Shown here piece by piece: positions 17,706 through 28,500 of a stretch of 64,000 nucleotides of DNA. This DNA is from Spirochaetia bacterium (GTDB taxonomy: Bacteria; Spirochaetota; Spirochaetia; SZUA-6; Bin103). The notes under the pieces are model-generated. The model saw nothing but the letters and a program-made list of their open reading frames with translations. It was not told where the DNA came from and did not search any database. The stretch's first letter is position 1, and the number at the start of each line of letters is the position of its first letter. The DNA lies in NCBI GenBank assembly GCA_965208575.1, contig CBDBOV010000006.1, positions 1,408,001-1,472,000 of the forward strand, in the 5' to 3' direction. The translations under genes and the position numbers were made by a program.

Positions 17706-18581
17706 ATGGCTACTTCGGCTCACTTCAGAAGCCGTATCCAGGCACTGCACCGGGAGTACGCCAACCTGCGGCACGGCAAGGAGTCGCTCCTGGCAGTGAT
17801 CGACGAGGTGGAGATCCCGGAGAGCGTGTACAACTCCAACGCCATCGAGAACTCCACGCTCACCCTGGAGGAGACCGAGAAGATCCTGCTCGAGCAGATG
17901 CTGTCCCGCAATGTGTCGGTGCGGGAAGTGTTCGAGGCAGTCAACCTGGCTCGGGTCATCGGGTACCAGCGGAAGAGGTCCGGGGACGCCGATCCGGGCA
18001 AGGAACGAATCCTGCTGTTGCACCGGATGCTCCTCGGAGCGATAGACGACGACATCGCGGGGCGCTTTCGCGGCCCCGGGGAGTACGTGCGGGCAGGTAG
18101 CCACATCGCGCCGGCGCCGGAACAGGTGGAAGGCATGATCGACGAGATACTGTTGCAATACGACAGTAGCCTCGACGCCTACTTCCTGGACAGGATCGCT
18201 CGATTTCACCTGGACTTCGAAGTGATCCATCCCTTTTGCGACGGCAATGGCCGGCTGGGGCGGGTAATCATCAATGCCCAACTGCGGAAGGTGGGGCTGC
18301 CGCCGTTGATCGTTCGCAACTCGGAAAAGCAGACCTACTATCGCGCCTTCCGGGAGTACACCGACCGCAAGCGCACCGCTACCATGGAGCGGATCCTGGC
18401 GCTGGCGCTACTGGAGTCTCTGCACAAGCGGCGGAGTTACCTGCTGGGGCAACGCATCACTACGCTGTCCGACTACATCAGACAGGAAGGCCGGTCCGCC
18501 CCGGCCGTCACCAACGCCGCCCGCCGCCAGACAATTCCAGCGTTTCGCGAAAAGGGAGTGTGGAAGATCGGCCAGCCATGA
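17706..18581 (+). CDS. Fic family protein
   Basis: Canonical Fic motif HPFCDGNGRLGR; N-terminal SNAIEN (S/T)xxxE(G/N) autoinhibition motif; alternative starts from 17685. Confidence 0.93.
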   Translation: MATSAHFRSRIQALHREYANLRHGKESLLAVIDEVEIPESVYNSNAIENSTLTLEETEKILLEQMLSRNVSVREVFEAVNLARVIGYQRKRSGDADPGKERILLLHRMLLGAIDDDIAGRFRGPGEYVRAGSHIAPAPEQVEGMIDEILLQYDSSLDAYFLDRIARFHLDFEVIHPFCDGNGRLGRVIINAQLRKVGLPPLIVRNSEKQTYYRAFREYTDRKRTATMERILALALLESLHKRRSYLLGQRITTLSDYIRQEGRSAPAVTNAARRQTIPAFREKGVWKIGQP

Positions 18582-20653
18582 GTAACTGGATCACGCGGGT
18601 GGCGACCGACGTCGGCGGCACGTTCACGGACCTGGTCAGATTCGACGTCGATCCCGCGTCGGGCCGGTCGCGGGTGACCACGGCGAAGACGGCGACCACT
18701 CCGCCGGAGTTCGAACGCGGCGTGATCGAGGTGCTGAGCAAGGGCGGCGTGGCGCTGCCCGAGATCGATTTTCTCGCCCACGGCACGACCGTCGTCATCA
18801 ACGCGCTCACCGAGCGCAGGGGGGCGAAGGTGGGGCTGATCACCACCGCGGGGTTCCGCGACACGCTGGAGATCGCCCGCGGCAACCGCCCCGACCTGTT
18901 CAACCTGCACTACCGCAAGCCGCAGCCGTTCGTGCCGCGCTACCTGCGCCGCGAGCTGCCGGGCCGGATCAACTACCGCGGCATGGAAGTGCGGCCGCTC
19001 GACCTGTCGCCGCTGGCGGCGATCGTCGCGGACTTCCGTTCCGCCGGCGTGGAGGCGGTGGCGATCTGCTTCCTGCACTCGTACGCAAACGATGCGCACG
19101 AACGCGCCGCCGAGGCGGAGGTGCGGCGGCTGTGGCCCGGCGTATACGCGGTGTCGTCGCATACCATCGTGCGCGAGTGGCGCGAGTATGAGCGCACCAG
19201 TACGACGGTGCTGTCCGCCTTTGTGCAGCCGACCGCGGAACGCTACCTGCGCCGCCTGAGCGACGGCCTCGCCAGCCGGGGGTTCGCCGGCAGTCCTTTC
19301 GTGATGCAGTCCAACGGCGGCGTCGATTCGCTGCAGGCCGCGGCGCGGACGCCGATCACGATGATCGAATCGGGACCCTCCTCCGGCGTGCGGGGCGCCG
19401 CCGAGCTCGGTGCGCTGATCGGCGATGCGAACGTCATCGCCCTGGACATCGGCGGCACCACGGCGAAGTGCTCGCTCATCGACCGGGGCAACATCAGGAT
19501 CGTGAGCGACTACTGGATCGGGCGCGACCGCCGGTCGGCGGGCTACCCGGTGATGGTGCCGGTGGTCGACATGGTGGAGATCGGCAACGGCGGCGGTTCG
19601 ATAGCCTGGGCCGACGGCTTCGGCAAGCTGCACGTGGGGCCGCGTTCGGCGGGCGCGGTCCCCGGTCCGGCCGCCTACGGCATGGGAGGCCGTGACGCGA
19701 CCACCACCGACGCCAACCTGTGGCTGGGAAGGATCAACCGCGACTACTTCTGCGGCGGCGAGCTGGACGCGGACATGGACGCCGTGGAAGCGGCGCTGCG
19801 GGAGGTGGGCGGCCGGCTCGGCCTCGGGCCCGACCAGGCGGCCGCCGGCATCGTCCGGATCGCCAACAACAACATGGTCAACGCGCTCAAGCTGGTGTCG
19901 CTCAACCGGGGGTTCGACCCGCGCGAGTTCACGCTGGTCGCGTTCGGCGGCGGCGGTGGCATGCACGCGGTCGCGCTCGCCGCCGAGCTCGGCATCGCCA
20001 AGGTGGTGATACCGGCGGACGCGGCCGTGTTCTCGGCGTGGGGAATGATGATGTCCGACCTGCGCCGCGACTACATCGCGACGCGCCTGCTGGAGCTGGT
20101 TCCCGACAACGCGGCCGCGATCGAGAGCGCGCTGGCGGAGACCGAGGAGGAGGCGCGGGCACGGTTCCGGCGCGAAGGCGTCGCTCGCGGGCGCCTGTCG
20201 TTCCGGAGGTCCGGCAGGTTCCGCTACCAGAACCAGGAACACACCACCGAGGTCGCGCTCGGGGAGGGCGCGGTGACGGCGGACCGCGTGCGCGCAATCA
20301 GGGGCGCGTTCGAACGGGAATACGAACGCGAGTACACGTACCGCCTGGACGCTCCCGTGGAGATGGTCGGAATCCACGTCACGGCCACGGCAGCGGTGGG
20401 CCGCGTGCAGATGGAGCGGCAGGAACCCGGCCCGGAGAGCGCGGCCGGGGCGCACAAGGGTGCCAGGAAGGTCGACTTCGCACCGGAGGGGGCGTTCGAG
20501 ACCGCGATCTACGACGGCGCCGGGCTCCGGCCGGGCATGCGCTTCCCCGGTCCGGCAATCGTCGAGCATCCGGCGTCGACCGTGGTCGTGCACCGCGGCA
20601 ACGACGCGCAGGTGGACGGCTACGGCAACGTGGTCATCCACACCCATGCGTGA
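18578..20653 (+). CDS. Hydantoinase/5-oxoprolinase subunit A family
   Basis: DVGGTFTD, HGTTVVINAL, REYERTSTT, DIGGTTA, GPRSAGAVPGPAAYG, FGGGGGMH. Confidence 0.94.
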   Translation: MSNWITRVATDVGGTFTDLVRFDVDPASGRSRVTTAKTATTPPEFERGVIEVLSKGGVALPEIDFLAHGTTVVINALTERRGAKVGLITTAGFRDTLEIARGNRPDLFNLHYRKPQPFVPRYLRRELPGRINYRGMEVRPLDLSPLAAIVADFRSAGVEAVAICFLHSYANDAHERAAEAEVRRLWPGVYAVSSHTIVREWREYERTSTTVLSAFVQPTAERYLRRLSDGLASRGFAGSPFVMQSNGGVDSLQAAARTPITMIESGPSSGVRGAAELGALIGDANVIALDIGGTTAKCSLIDRGNIRIVSDYWIGRDRRSAGYPVMVPVVDMVEIGNGGGSIAWADGFGKLHVGPRSAGAVPGPAAYGMGGRDATTTDANLWLGRINRDYFCGGELDADMDAVEAALREVGGRLGLGPDQAAAGIVRIANNNMVNALKLVSLNRGFDPREFTLVAFGGGGGMHAVALAAELGIAKVVIPADAAVFSAWGMMMSDLRRDYIATRLLELVPDNAAAIESALAETEEEARARFRREGVARGRLSFRRSGRFRYQNQEHTTEVALGEGAVTADRVRAIRGAFEREYEREYTYRLDAPVEMVGIHVTATAAVGRVQMERQEPGPESAAGAHKGARKVDFAPEGAFETAIYDGAGLRPGMRFPGPAIVEHPASTVVVHRGNDAQVDGYGNVVIHTHA

Positions 20654-20747
20654 GGGGGACCGGTACCGTGACCGTACGAGAACATGACCCGATCACTATC
20701 GGAGTCGCGTGGAGCCCGCTGCAGGCGGCTGCCGAAGGGACCATCCG

Positions 20748-22412
20748 ATGACCGCGCGCAAGCATGACCCGATTACCCTCGAGATCATTCAGAACTCGGT
20801 GCAGGCGGCGGCCGACGAGATGTTCGCGGCCATGCGCCGAACGGCGATGAGCTCGATCATCTACGAGGTGCTCGACCTGGGCACCGGCATCCTGGACGCG
20901 CGCGGAGAGATCGCCTCCTCCGGCGCCGGGATCCCCGCCTTCATCGGCGTGCTCGACAAGTCGGTGAAGTTCATCGCCGCCAGGTTCGACCGGCCCGGCG
21001 GCGTCGAGCCGGGGGACGTGTTCGCCACCAACGATCCCTACTACGGCGGCGTCACGCACCTCAGCGACATCGTGGTGATGATGCCGGTGTTTCACCGCGG
21101 ACGGCTGATCGCCTGGACCGCCACCATCGCCCACCACTCCGACGTGGGGGGCATGGCGCCGGGGTCGCTGACCGGGGAGGCCACGTCGATTTTCCAGGAG
21201 GGCGTGCGGCTGCCGGCGATCAAGATCATCGCGCGGGGCGAGACCAACGAACCGGTGCTGCAGATCATCAAGGTCAACTCGCGCATGCCGGACGTGCTCG
21301 AAGGCGACCTGTGGGCCTCGATCGCCTCGGTACGGGTCGGGGCGAGGAGGATCGAGGCGCTCGCGGACAAGTACGGCACCGACACGTTCACGGCCGCGAT
21401 CGAGAGTATCATGGAGTTGGGCGAGCAGGCGTCGCTGCGCGCGCTCGCGAAGCTGCCCGCGGGCACGTGCGAACTCGCGGAAGAACAGGACAACGGCCAG
21501 ATCTACCACGTCCGCATCACCATTGCCGCGGACCGGTTCACGGTCGACCTGCGCAACAACCCCGACCAGCTCGCCGGGCCGCTGAACACCAGCCGCGACA
21601 GCGCCATGGTCGCCGCGCAGATGATCTTCAAGTCGCTCACCGATCCCGACACGCCGGCGAACGGCGGTTCGTTCCGTCCGGTCGAGCTGTTGACGCGCAC
21701 GGGCACCGTGTTCGATGCGCGCGAGCCGGCCGCGCTCGGCTTCTACTACGAGATCGGGCTGCGCGTGTACGACCTGATGTGGCGCTGCCTGGCGAATCAC
21801 GTGCCCGACCGCCTGGCGGCGGGCCACTTCGCGTCGATCTGCGGCACCTTCATCGGCGGCATCCATCCCGACACCGGGCGCCAGTACACGGTGATCGAAC
21901 CGCAGCTCGGCGGCTGGGGGGCGCGCACGGGCGGCGACGGCAACACGGCGATGTTCAGCGGATTCCACGGCGAGACCTACCATTGCCCCGCCGAGGTGAC
22001 CGAGGCGCGCAACGGCCTGATCGTCGACCAGATGCGGTTGAACACGGAGCCGGGCGGCGAGGGCCGGCACGCCGGCGGCCGCGGCATCGTGCTGGACTAC
22101 CGGGTGCGGTCCGAGAACGGGTTTCTGACCGCGGGCTACACGCGCTCGAAGTTTCCCGCCTGGGGCGTGGACGGCGGCCGCGACGGGTCGCCCAACTACA
22201 TCGAGTTCATTCCCAAGGTGGGCGAGCGGCGGCGATTCGCCCACGTGTCGGAGTTGGCCACCGGCACCGACGACGTGATCCGCGTGTTCACCGGCAGCGG
22301 CGGCGGCTGCGGCGACCCGCGCGAGCGCGACCCCGAGCTGGTGCGCGCCGACGTGCGCAACGGCCTGCTGTCGCCGCAGCACGCCCGCGACGTGTACGGC
22401 GTGGAAGTGTGA
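20748..22412 (+). CDS. Hydantoinase/5-oxoprolinase subunit B family
   Basis: DPITLEII, NDPYYGGVTHLSD, HHSDVGGMAPGS, IFQEG, GGGGCGDP-like C-terminus. Confidence 0.94.
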   Translation: MTARKHDPITLEIIQNSVQAAADEMFAAMRRTAMSSIIYEVLDLGTGILDARGEIASSGAGIPAFIGVLDKSVKFIAARFDRPGGVEPGDVFATNDPYYGGVTHLSDIVVMMPVFHRGRLIAWTATIAHHSDVGGMAPGSLTGEATSIFQEGVRLPAIKIIARGETNEPVLQIIKVNSRMPDVLEGDLWASIASVRVGARRIEALADKYGTDTFTAAIESIMELGEQASLRALAKLPAGTCELAEEQDNGQIYHVRITIAADRFTVDLRNNPDQLAGPLNTSRDSAMVAAQMIFKSLTDPDTPANGGSFRPVELLTRTGTVFDAREPAALGFYYEIGLRVYDLMWRCLANHVPDRLAAGHFASICGTFIGGIHPDTGRQYTVIEPQLGGWGARTGGDGNTAMFSGFHGETYHCPAEVTEARNGLIVDQMRLNTEPGGEGRHAGGRGIVLDYRVRSENGFLTAGYTRSKFPAWGVDGGRDGSPNYIEFIPKVGERRRFAHVSELATGTDDVIRVFTGSGGGCGDPRERDPELVRADVRNGLLSPQHARDVYGVEV

Positions 22413-22425
22413 GGAGGAGTCCGAA

Positions 22426-23235
22426 ATGGCACACGGCGGTCCGCTGAAGGTGATGTACCTGAACCCGGTCGGCACGCCCGACTACGACGAGGTGTTCGCC
22501 GCCATGGCGCGGGGCGTGAAGCTCCCCGGCACCGAGGTGCACATCACCTCGCTGAAGCCGGTCGACGGCGCGTTCACCCACATCGAGTACCGCTCCTACG
22601 AGGCGGTCGTCTCGACCGGCATCGTCCGGGCCGCGCGCGCGGCCGCCGCGGAGGGGTTCGACGCGCTGGCCATCGGCTGCTTCTACGACACGGCCTTGCT
22701 CGACGCGCGCGAGGTGTCCGGCGCCATGGTGGTGACGGCGCCGTGCGCGGCCGCGCTGGAGATCGCGGCGAGCCTCGCCAACCGGTTCGGCATTATCGTC
22801 GGGCGCCGCAAGTGGGTGCACCAGATGCACGCCACGGTGCGCGACAACGGCATGGCCGAGCGGCTGAGCGGCTTCTACGCGGTGGAGTTGGGCGTGAACG
22901 ACTTCCAGACCGATCACGCCGAAACCGAGCGGCGCCTCGCGGCAGCCGGCAGGAAGGCGATCGAGGAAGACTACGCCGAGGCGCTCATCCTCGGATGCAC
23001 CCTGGAGATCGGCTTCCACGACCGGCTCTCGCAGGCGCTCGGCGTGCCCGTGATCGACCCGTCGATCGCCGCGCTGAAGCGCGCCGAGTACGCCGCCGAA
23101 CTGAAGCGCACGTGCGGCTGGAAACCGAGCCGCCGCTGGTCCTGCGAGCCCCCTCCGGAAGCCGAGATCGCCGCCTTCGGCATCATCGGCGACCCCAACG
23201 TGTTCGGCAACCGGCTCGTGGTCGCCGCGGAGTAG
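22426..23235 (+). CDS. Asp/Glu/hydantoin racemase family
   Basis: SD GAGGAG; catalytic Cys motifs IGCFYD and LGCT; VPVIDP. Confidence 0.9.
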   Translation: MAHGGPLKVMYLNPVGTPDYDEVFAAMARGVKLPGTEVHITSLKPVDGAFTHIEYRSYEAVVSTGIVRAARAAAAEGFDALAIGCFYDTALLDAREVSGAMVVTAPCAAALEIAASLANRFGIIVGRRKWVHQMHATVRDNGMAERLSGFYAVELGVNDFQTDHAETERRLAAAGRKAIEEDYAEALILGCTLEIGFHDRLSQALGVPVIDPSIAALKRAEYAAELKRTCGWKPSRRWSCEPPPEAEIAAFGIIGDPNVFGNRLVVAAE

Positions 23236-23261
23236 CCGGCGTGCCGAGTGCCGGGGCGGCG

Positions 23262-24578
23262 ATGCCCGCCCGCCCCAACATCGTGTTCGTCTTCTCCGAT
23301 CAGCACCGGGCGCGGACGACCGGCTACGAGGGCGCAGCCGTCGCCACTCCGGCGATGGACCGCCTGGCGGCGGAGGGCGTGGTGTTCGACACGGCGGTCT
23401 CCACCATCCCCGTGTGCACGCCGTGGCGCGCCGCGCTGCTCACCGGGCAGTACCCGCTCACCAGCGGGTTGTTTCTCAACGACGTGCGGCTGCCTACCGA
23501 CCGGCTTACCCTCGGCACGATCCTGCGCGATGCCGGCTACGACACCGCGTACATCGGCAAGTGGCACCTGGACGGCAACCGCCGCGGCGCGTTCACGCCG
23601 CCCGGCCCGCGCCGGCAGGGGTTCCGGTTCTGGGCCGCCGCCAACTGCACGCACGACTACCTGCGATCGTTCTACTACCGGGACACGCCGGAGCGGCTGT
23701 GGTGGGACGGCTACGACGCCGCGGCGCAGACCGACATGGCCGTTGACTACATCGCCTCGCGGCGCGCGGGCGAGCCGTTCGCCCTGCTGCTCTCCTGGGG
23801 GCCGCCGCACAACCCCTACCGCGACCTGCCGCGGGAGTACCTGGACCGCTATCCCGCGGCGGACGTCGAGGTCCCGGCGAACTGCCCGGACCCGGTCCGC
23901 GACGACCTCGCCGGGTATTGCGCCCACGTCACCGCGCTGGACGAGCAACTTGCCCGCATCGACGCCGCCATCGACGCGGCCGGGCTGCGTGACGATACCA
24001 TCCTCGTCTACACCTCCGACCACGGCGACATGCTCGGTTCGCACGGGATGACCCGCAAGCAGCACCCCTGGGACGAGTCGATCCGGGTGCCGTTTCTCCT
24101 GCGCTGCCCGGACCAGGCGGGCCGCGGGCGCCACCTCTCGTTTCCGTTCGGCGTGGTGGACATCCTGCCGACGCTGCTCGGCCTGGCCGGCGTGCCGGTT
24201 CCCGATACCGTGGAGGGCCGCGACCTGTCGCCGGCCATCCGCGGCGAGCCGTTCGCGGAGCCGGAGTTCGCCCTCACCATGTGCATCGCCCCGTTCGCGG
24301 AATACGTCGGGCCGCCCTGGCGCGGCGTGCGCTCCGCCCGCCACAGCTACGCGCGCTGGCTGGACGGCCGCGGCATCCTGCATGACACCGCGGCCGACCC
24401 CGACCAACTCGCCAACCGCTACGGCAATCCCGCATGCGCCGCCCTGCAGCGCCGCCTGGAGGACGCCCTGCAGCAGCTCCTCGCCGAGCGCGGCGACCCG
24501 TTCCTGCCCGCCGCCCACTACATCGAGCGCCACGGATTTACCGTCGACGAGCGCGGCGCCGTTCCCTACACCCGGTGA
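23262..24578 (+). CDS. Cys-type (formylglycine-dependent) sulfatase
   Basis: RPNIVFVFSDQHR, CTPWRAALLTG (CxPxR), GKWHL, TSDHGDMLG. Confidence 0.94.
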   Translation: MPARPNIVFVFSDQHRARTTGYEGAAVATPAMDRLAAEGVVFDTAVSTIPVCTPWRAALLTGQYPLTSGLFLNDVRLPTDRLTLGTILRDAGYDTAYIGKWHLDGNRRGAFTPPGPRRQGFRFWAAANCTHDYLRSFYYRDTPERLWWDGYDAAAQTDMAVDYIASRRAGEPFALLLSWGPPHNPYRDLPREYLDRYPAADVEVPANCPDPVRDDLAGYCAHVTALDEQLARIDAAIDAAGLRDDTILVYTSDHGDMLGSHGMTRKQHPWDESIRVPFLLRCPDQAGRGRHLSFPFGVVDILPTLLGLAGVPVPDTVEGRDLSPAIRGEPFAEPEFALTMCIAPFAEYVGPPWRGVRSARHSYARWLDGRGILHDTAADPDQLANRYGNPACAALQRRLEDALQQLLAERGDPFLPAAHYIERHGFTVDERGAVPYTR

Positions 24579-24788
24579 AGCGTTGCTCGATTGGAGTGCT
24601 GTCTTCGGACAACGGCGGTGGTGTAGGGTGCGTCTGGATGTTTCGTCTTGTGCCGCGCCGCGGATGGCGGCCGTCGCCAGTGTTGCCGTCGCCTTGCCGG
24701 CACACGTGTCCCCACCACCACGGAGCCTTGGCTCGCCGGCTCGGTGAGCGTTGCGCCCGCCCGTCGCGGTCGCGGCAGCCGTCGACCG

Positions 24789-25205
24789 ATGACGGGGCAG
24801 CAGGGCTGTTACCTGGCGAAGGCCGAGCGGGACACCTGGGCCGGGCGCCTCGCCGACGTCTCCGGAAGCGCACCCTTGGCTGAGCAGCTCGAGCTGCTGT
24901 TCGAGTGGGAGTCAGCCGCGCCAGGACGGCCCGCTCCGGATCGGTCGGCGAGCGGAACACGGGGCCAATCCGGCCGGTCGCGACGAATTCGACAGCGCAG
25001 CCGGACAGAGGTCGCTCACAGCGGCGCCGCAACGGCTCCGCGGGAGCAGTCCTCGCTGGGCGCCGAGCCCACCGCCATTCCGGCGCAGTGCCCGGTGGTG
25101 GGCCGGCCGGTCTGTTACTACGCCGATTGCCACCACTACCAGGGAGGCGGCTGCGTCCACCCGGAGGCCGCAAGGCCGCGGCGGCGGCGGCGACGGCCGC
25201 GGTGA
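24789..25205 (+). CDS. Small hypothetical protein with Cys/His-rich C-terminus
   Basis: CPVVGRPVCYYADCHHYQGGGCVHP cluster and Arg-rich tail; start uncertain. Confidence 0.45.
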   Translation: MTGQQGCYLAKAERDTWAGRLADVSGSAPLAEQLELLFEWESAAPGRPAPDRSASGTRGQSGRSRRIRQRSRTEVAHSGAATAPREQSSLGAEPTAIPAQCPVVGRPVCYYADCHHYQGGGCVHPEAARPRRRRRRPR

Positions 25206-25319
25206 CATACGCCCGGTCATGACAGCCGCGGCGCTGCCCGGCCAACCGTGAGCGCGCTCCGGCATTGCGGCACGTGGCGCCGCCGCCGGCCCGGCGGCAA
25301 GCTACCGCGGCATGCCGGG

Positions 25320-25430
25320 CGGGCCGCGGAGAGTCCGGAGCCGGCGGCGGCGTTCCGCGAGGCGGCGCCGGCGTGGCGCCGCGCCGGCAAGGAGATGCGC
25401 GCCGTGGCAAGCGAGGCGCGCCACTACGAG
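25320..25430 (+). pseudogene. Degenerate fragment homologous to the TPR region of the downstream helicase gene
   Basis: AAAFREAAPAWRRAGKEMRAVASEARH versus [27 protein letters not shown] (28250-28360); DNA similarity also visible. Confidence 0.75.
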
Positions 25431-25595
25431 CCGGTCCGCGCCGCTGTCCAAACTGGGCCGGATCGTGCCGGCGCTGCTCCAGCTCAGCAAGGGGCGGGCG
25501 AAGACTCGGTTTCGTTACCTGAACCGTGGCCGGTGCCAGTGGTAAGATAGTGGGTGGAGCCACGCCTCCCGTCGTGGCCCGCCGGACTTGCTGCC

Positions 25596-28500
25596 ATGGC
25601 ACGCAACTACACCCTCCTCCTGCACGACACCGTGCGCGCCCACGTGATGTCCCTGGACGCCCGAGCCAGGCATCGCCTGCGTGAGAAACTGGAGTTCCTG
25701 CAGGAGGGCCTGTGGGACGCCGGTGTGCGGGTCAAGAAGCTCAAGGGCAGCGGCCGCGCGGTGTTCGAGGCGCGCCTCAGCCGCGGCGACCGCATCCTTT
25801 TCACGCTCGGCGAGCCGCCGGACGCGGATGCGAGTGGCAGTGGCGCCGGGGCTACCCGCATCTACGTGTGGGGGGTGGTGAAGCACGACGACGTGAACGC
25901 CGTCGCCGAGCGCCGCATCGTCCCCACCAACGCGCCGTTTCTGGACTTCGAGCCGGCGCAGGTGGAGGAGTTGCCCGATCTGGTCGCCGACGACCTGGGC
26001 GGCGACTACTTCTCACCGGCGCTGGACCAGCCGATGGCCGTACCGGTGGCCGGGCGCGGCGCGGTCGCTCACGGCGAGCCGCTCGACGGAGCGTCCGGAG
26101 ACGCCGGCCCGCAGCGCTGGCTGGTGGTGGACGAGGAGGAGTGGCGCCGCCTGCAGGCCGCCCACCAGGGCGATCATCTCGAACTGTACCTGTTCCTGAC
26201 CCGAGAGCAGGCGCGGCTGCTGCACAGCGAGCCGCCGCTGCTGTTGTCCGGCACTGCCGGCAGCGGCAAGACCACCGTCGCGGTCTACTTCCTGCTGCGC
26301 CACCGGGTGCGCCAGCTCGCTGCCGAGCCGGCCGAGCGTGGAGCACAGTCCGTACCCACCCGCTTGCGGGCGCCCGCTGCATGGGCGCCCGCCCCGGCAG
26401 CGGCCTCTCCGGCTGTCTTGCCTGCCCAGGCGGCGCCGCCGCGGGCCGTCGCGGCGGCGGGCGCACGGGTGAGTGCTTCCGCGGCGGGGACGCCCGCCGC
26501 TACGGGCGATGCCGTACCGGCGGGCGCCGAGCGGGCGTTGTTTCTTACCTGCAGCGCTCACCTGAAGCGGTTTTCCGAGCGCATCTACCGTGGGCTGGTA
26601 AAGGCCACCGAGTTGGAAGACGCGCCCGAGGCGGTGCGCTTCGCGACCCTGAGCGAACTGCTCGGCGAAATCCTGGGCCACGCCGGGCGCCCCGAGTGGC
26701 AGGCGCCGCCGGCCGGGCTGGCCGAGTTCGGCGCCATCCTCCGCAACCACCCCGGCGCCGCCCGCTACGACACGGAGTTAGTGTGGGAGGAGATCCGCTC
26801 CATCATCAAGGGCGCCAAGCCGCCGGTGAGCCGGCGCCGGTTCGCGGAGCTGGCGGCGCGCTTCGTGGCGGCACAGGCGTCGGCGCGCGACCGCGCTGAA
26901 CTGGCCGAATATGTCGTGCGGCTGGCCAACCTGGAGGCGGGCGCCAGGCTCGACGGCGTGCGCGCGCGCAAGACCGCCTTCGGCTCGCTGGAGGAATTCG
27001 CAGCCGGTCTGCGCGACGGCCTGGCGTTGCGCCGCGACGAGCAGTCGTTCCTGCTGGACGCTGCCGGGCGCTTCCTGGACAAGCAGTCGGCGCGTCTCGA
27101 CCAGCCTCTGCTCACCCTGCGCGAGTACGAGGGGTTGGGACACAAGCGCGCGCCGAACTTCCCGTTCGACCGGCGCGACATCCACCGCATCGCCGAGTAC
27201 TACCAGAAGCGGCTGGAGGCGGACGGGCGCTACGACGAGATCGACCAGACGCGTGCCGCGCTGCAGTACCTGGAGCGGCACGGCGATTGGTTCCGTTACG
27301 ACCTGGTGGTGTGCGACGAAGTGCAGGACTTCACCGACATGCAGCTTGCGCTGCTGTTTCGCCTCGCCGGCGACCCGCGCCGCACCGTGCTCACCGGCGA
27401 CCCCAAGCAGATCATCAACCCGAGCGGGTTCCGCTGGGAGGAGGTGCGCGCGCGCTACTACGAGCGCGGCCTGCCGGTGCCGCCGGTGATCAACCTCAGC
27501 ATCAACTTTCGCAGTGTCGGCAATGTCGTCAGCCTGGCCAACGAGGTGCTGTTGCTGAAGCGCGCCCTGATCGGGCTTGGCGGCGGCGAGATTACCGAGC
27601 GCTGGACGTTCCGCGGGCGGCCGCCGCTGCTGGTCGACGGCGTGGCCGAGGCCGGCCTGCTGGAGGCGATCCGCCGCGGCGGAGCGGGCCAGGTGGTGCT
27701 GGTGCGTACCGCGGCGGAGCGGGACCGGGTACGCGCTGTCTTGCAGAGCGAGCTGGTGTTCACCATCGGCGAGGCCAAGGGGCTGGAGTTCGACGCCGTG
27801 CTGCTGTGGCGCTTTCCGACCGCGCTCGGCTCGGCGGCGATCTGGCGGCGCATCGCGGCCGGTCAGGTGCGCGGCGCGGCCGATGCGCCGCATGTCCGCC
27901 ACGAATTGAACCTGCTGTACGTCGCGGTGACGCGGGCGCGCAACACCCTGCTGATCTGGGACGGCGAGCAGGTCAGCCCGATCTGGGGCATCGATGAGCT
28001 CGCCGGCCAGGTGGACCGGTCCGCCGATGCCGCGGACATCGACAACCTGTGGCAGCGGGTGTCCACGCCCGCCGAGTGGCGTGCGCAGGGCGACTACTTC
28101 ATGCAGCGCGAGCGCTTCGCCGCGGCCGAGGAGTGCTACCGCAACGCCCAGGCGGCCACCGAGGAGGAGTTGGCGCGCGCCCACCGGCTGGAGCGGGAGG
28201 GCGAGCTGGAAGCCGCGGCCCGGGTGTTCGTCCGCCTCGGGCGCGTGCCGCGGGCGGCGGAGGGCCTGGAGCGGGCCGGGGCATTCCCAGCCGCCGCGCA
28301 CATGTGGCGCCGCGCCGGCAACGAGATGCGTGCCATGGCGTGCGAGGCGAAACAGGCCGAGGCGGCTGGCGATCACGCCGCGGCGGCGGCGCAATGGCAG
28401 CAACTGGGCGTGGAGGAGGGCGTGCTGCGCAACTGGCAACGGGGTGGCGAACACGGCAAGCTGGCGCAGTTCTACCTGGACCGCAGAATCCCCAGCGAGG

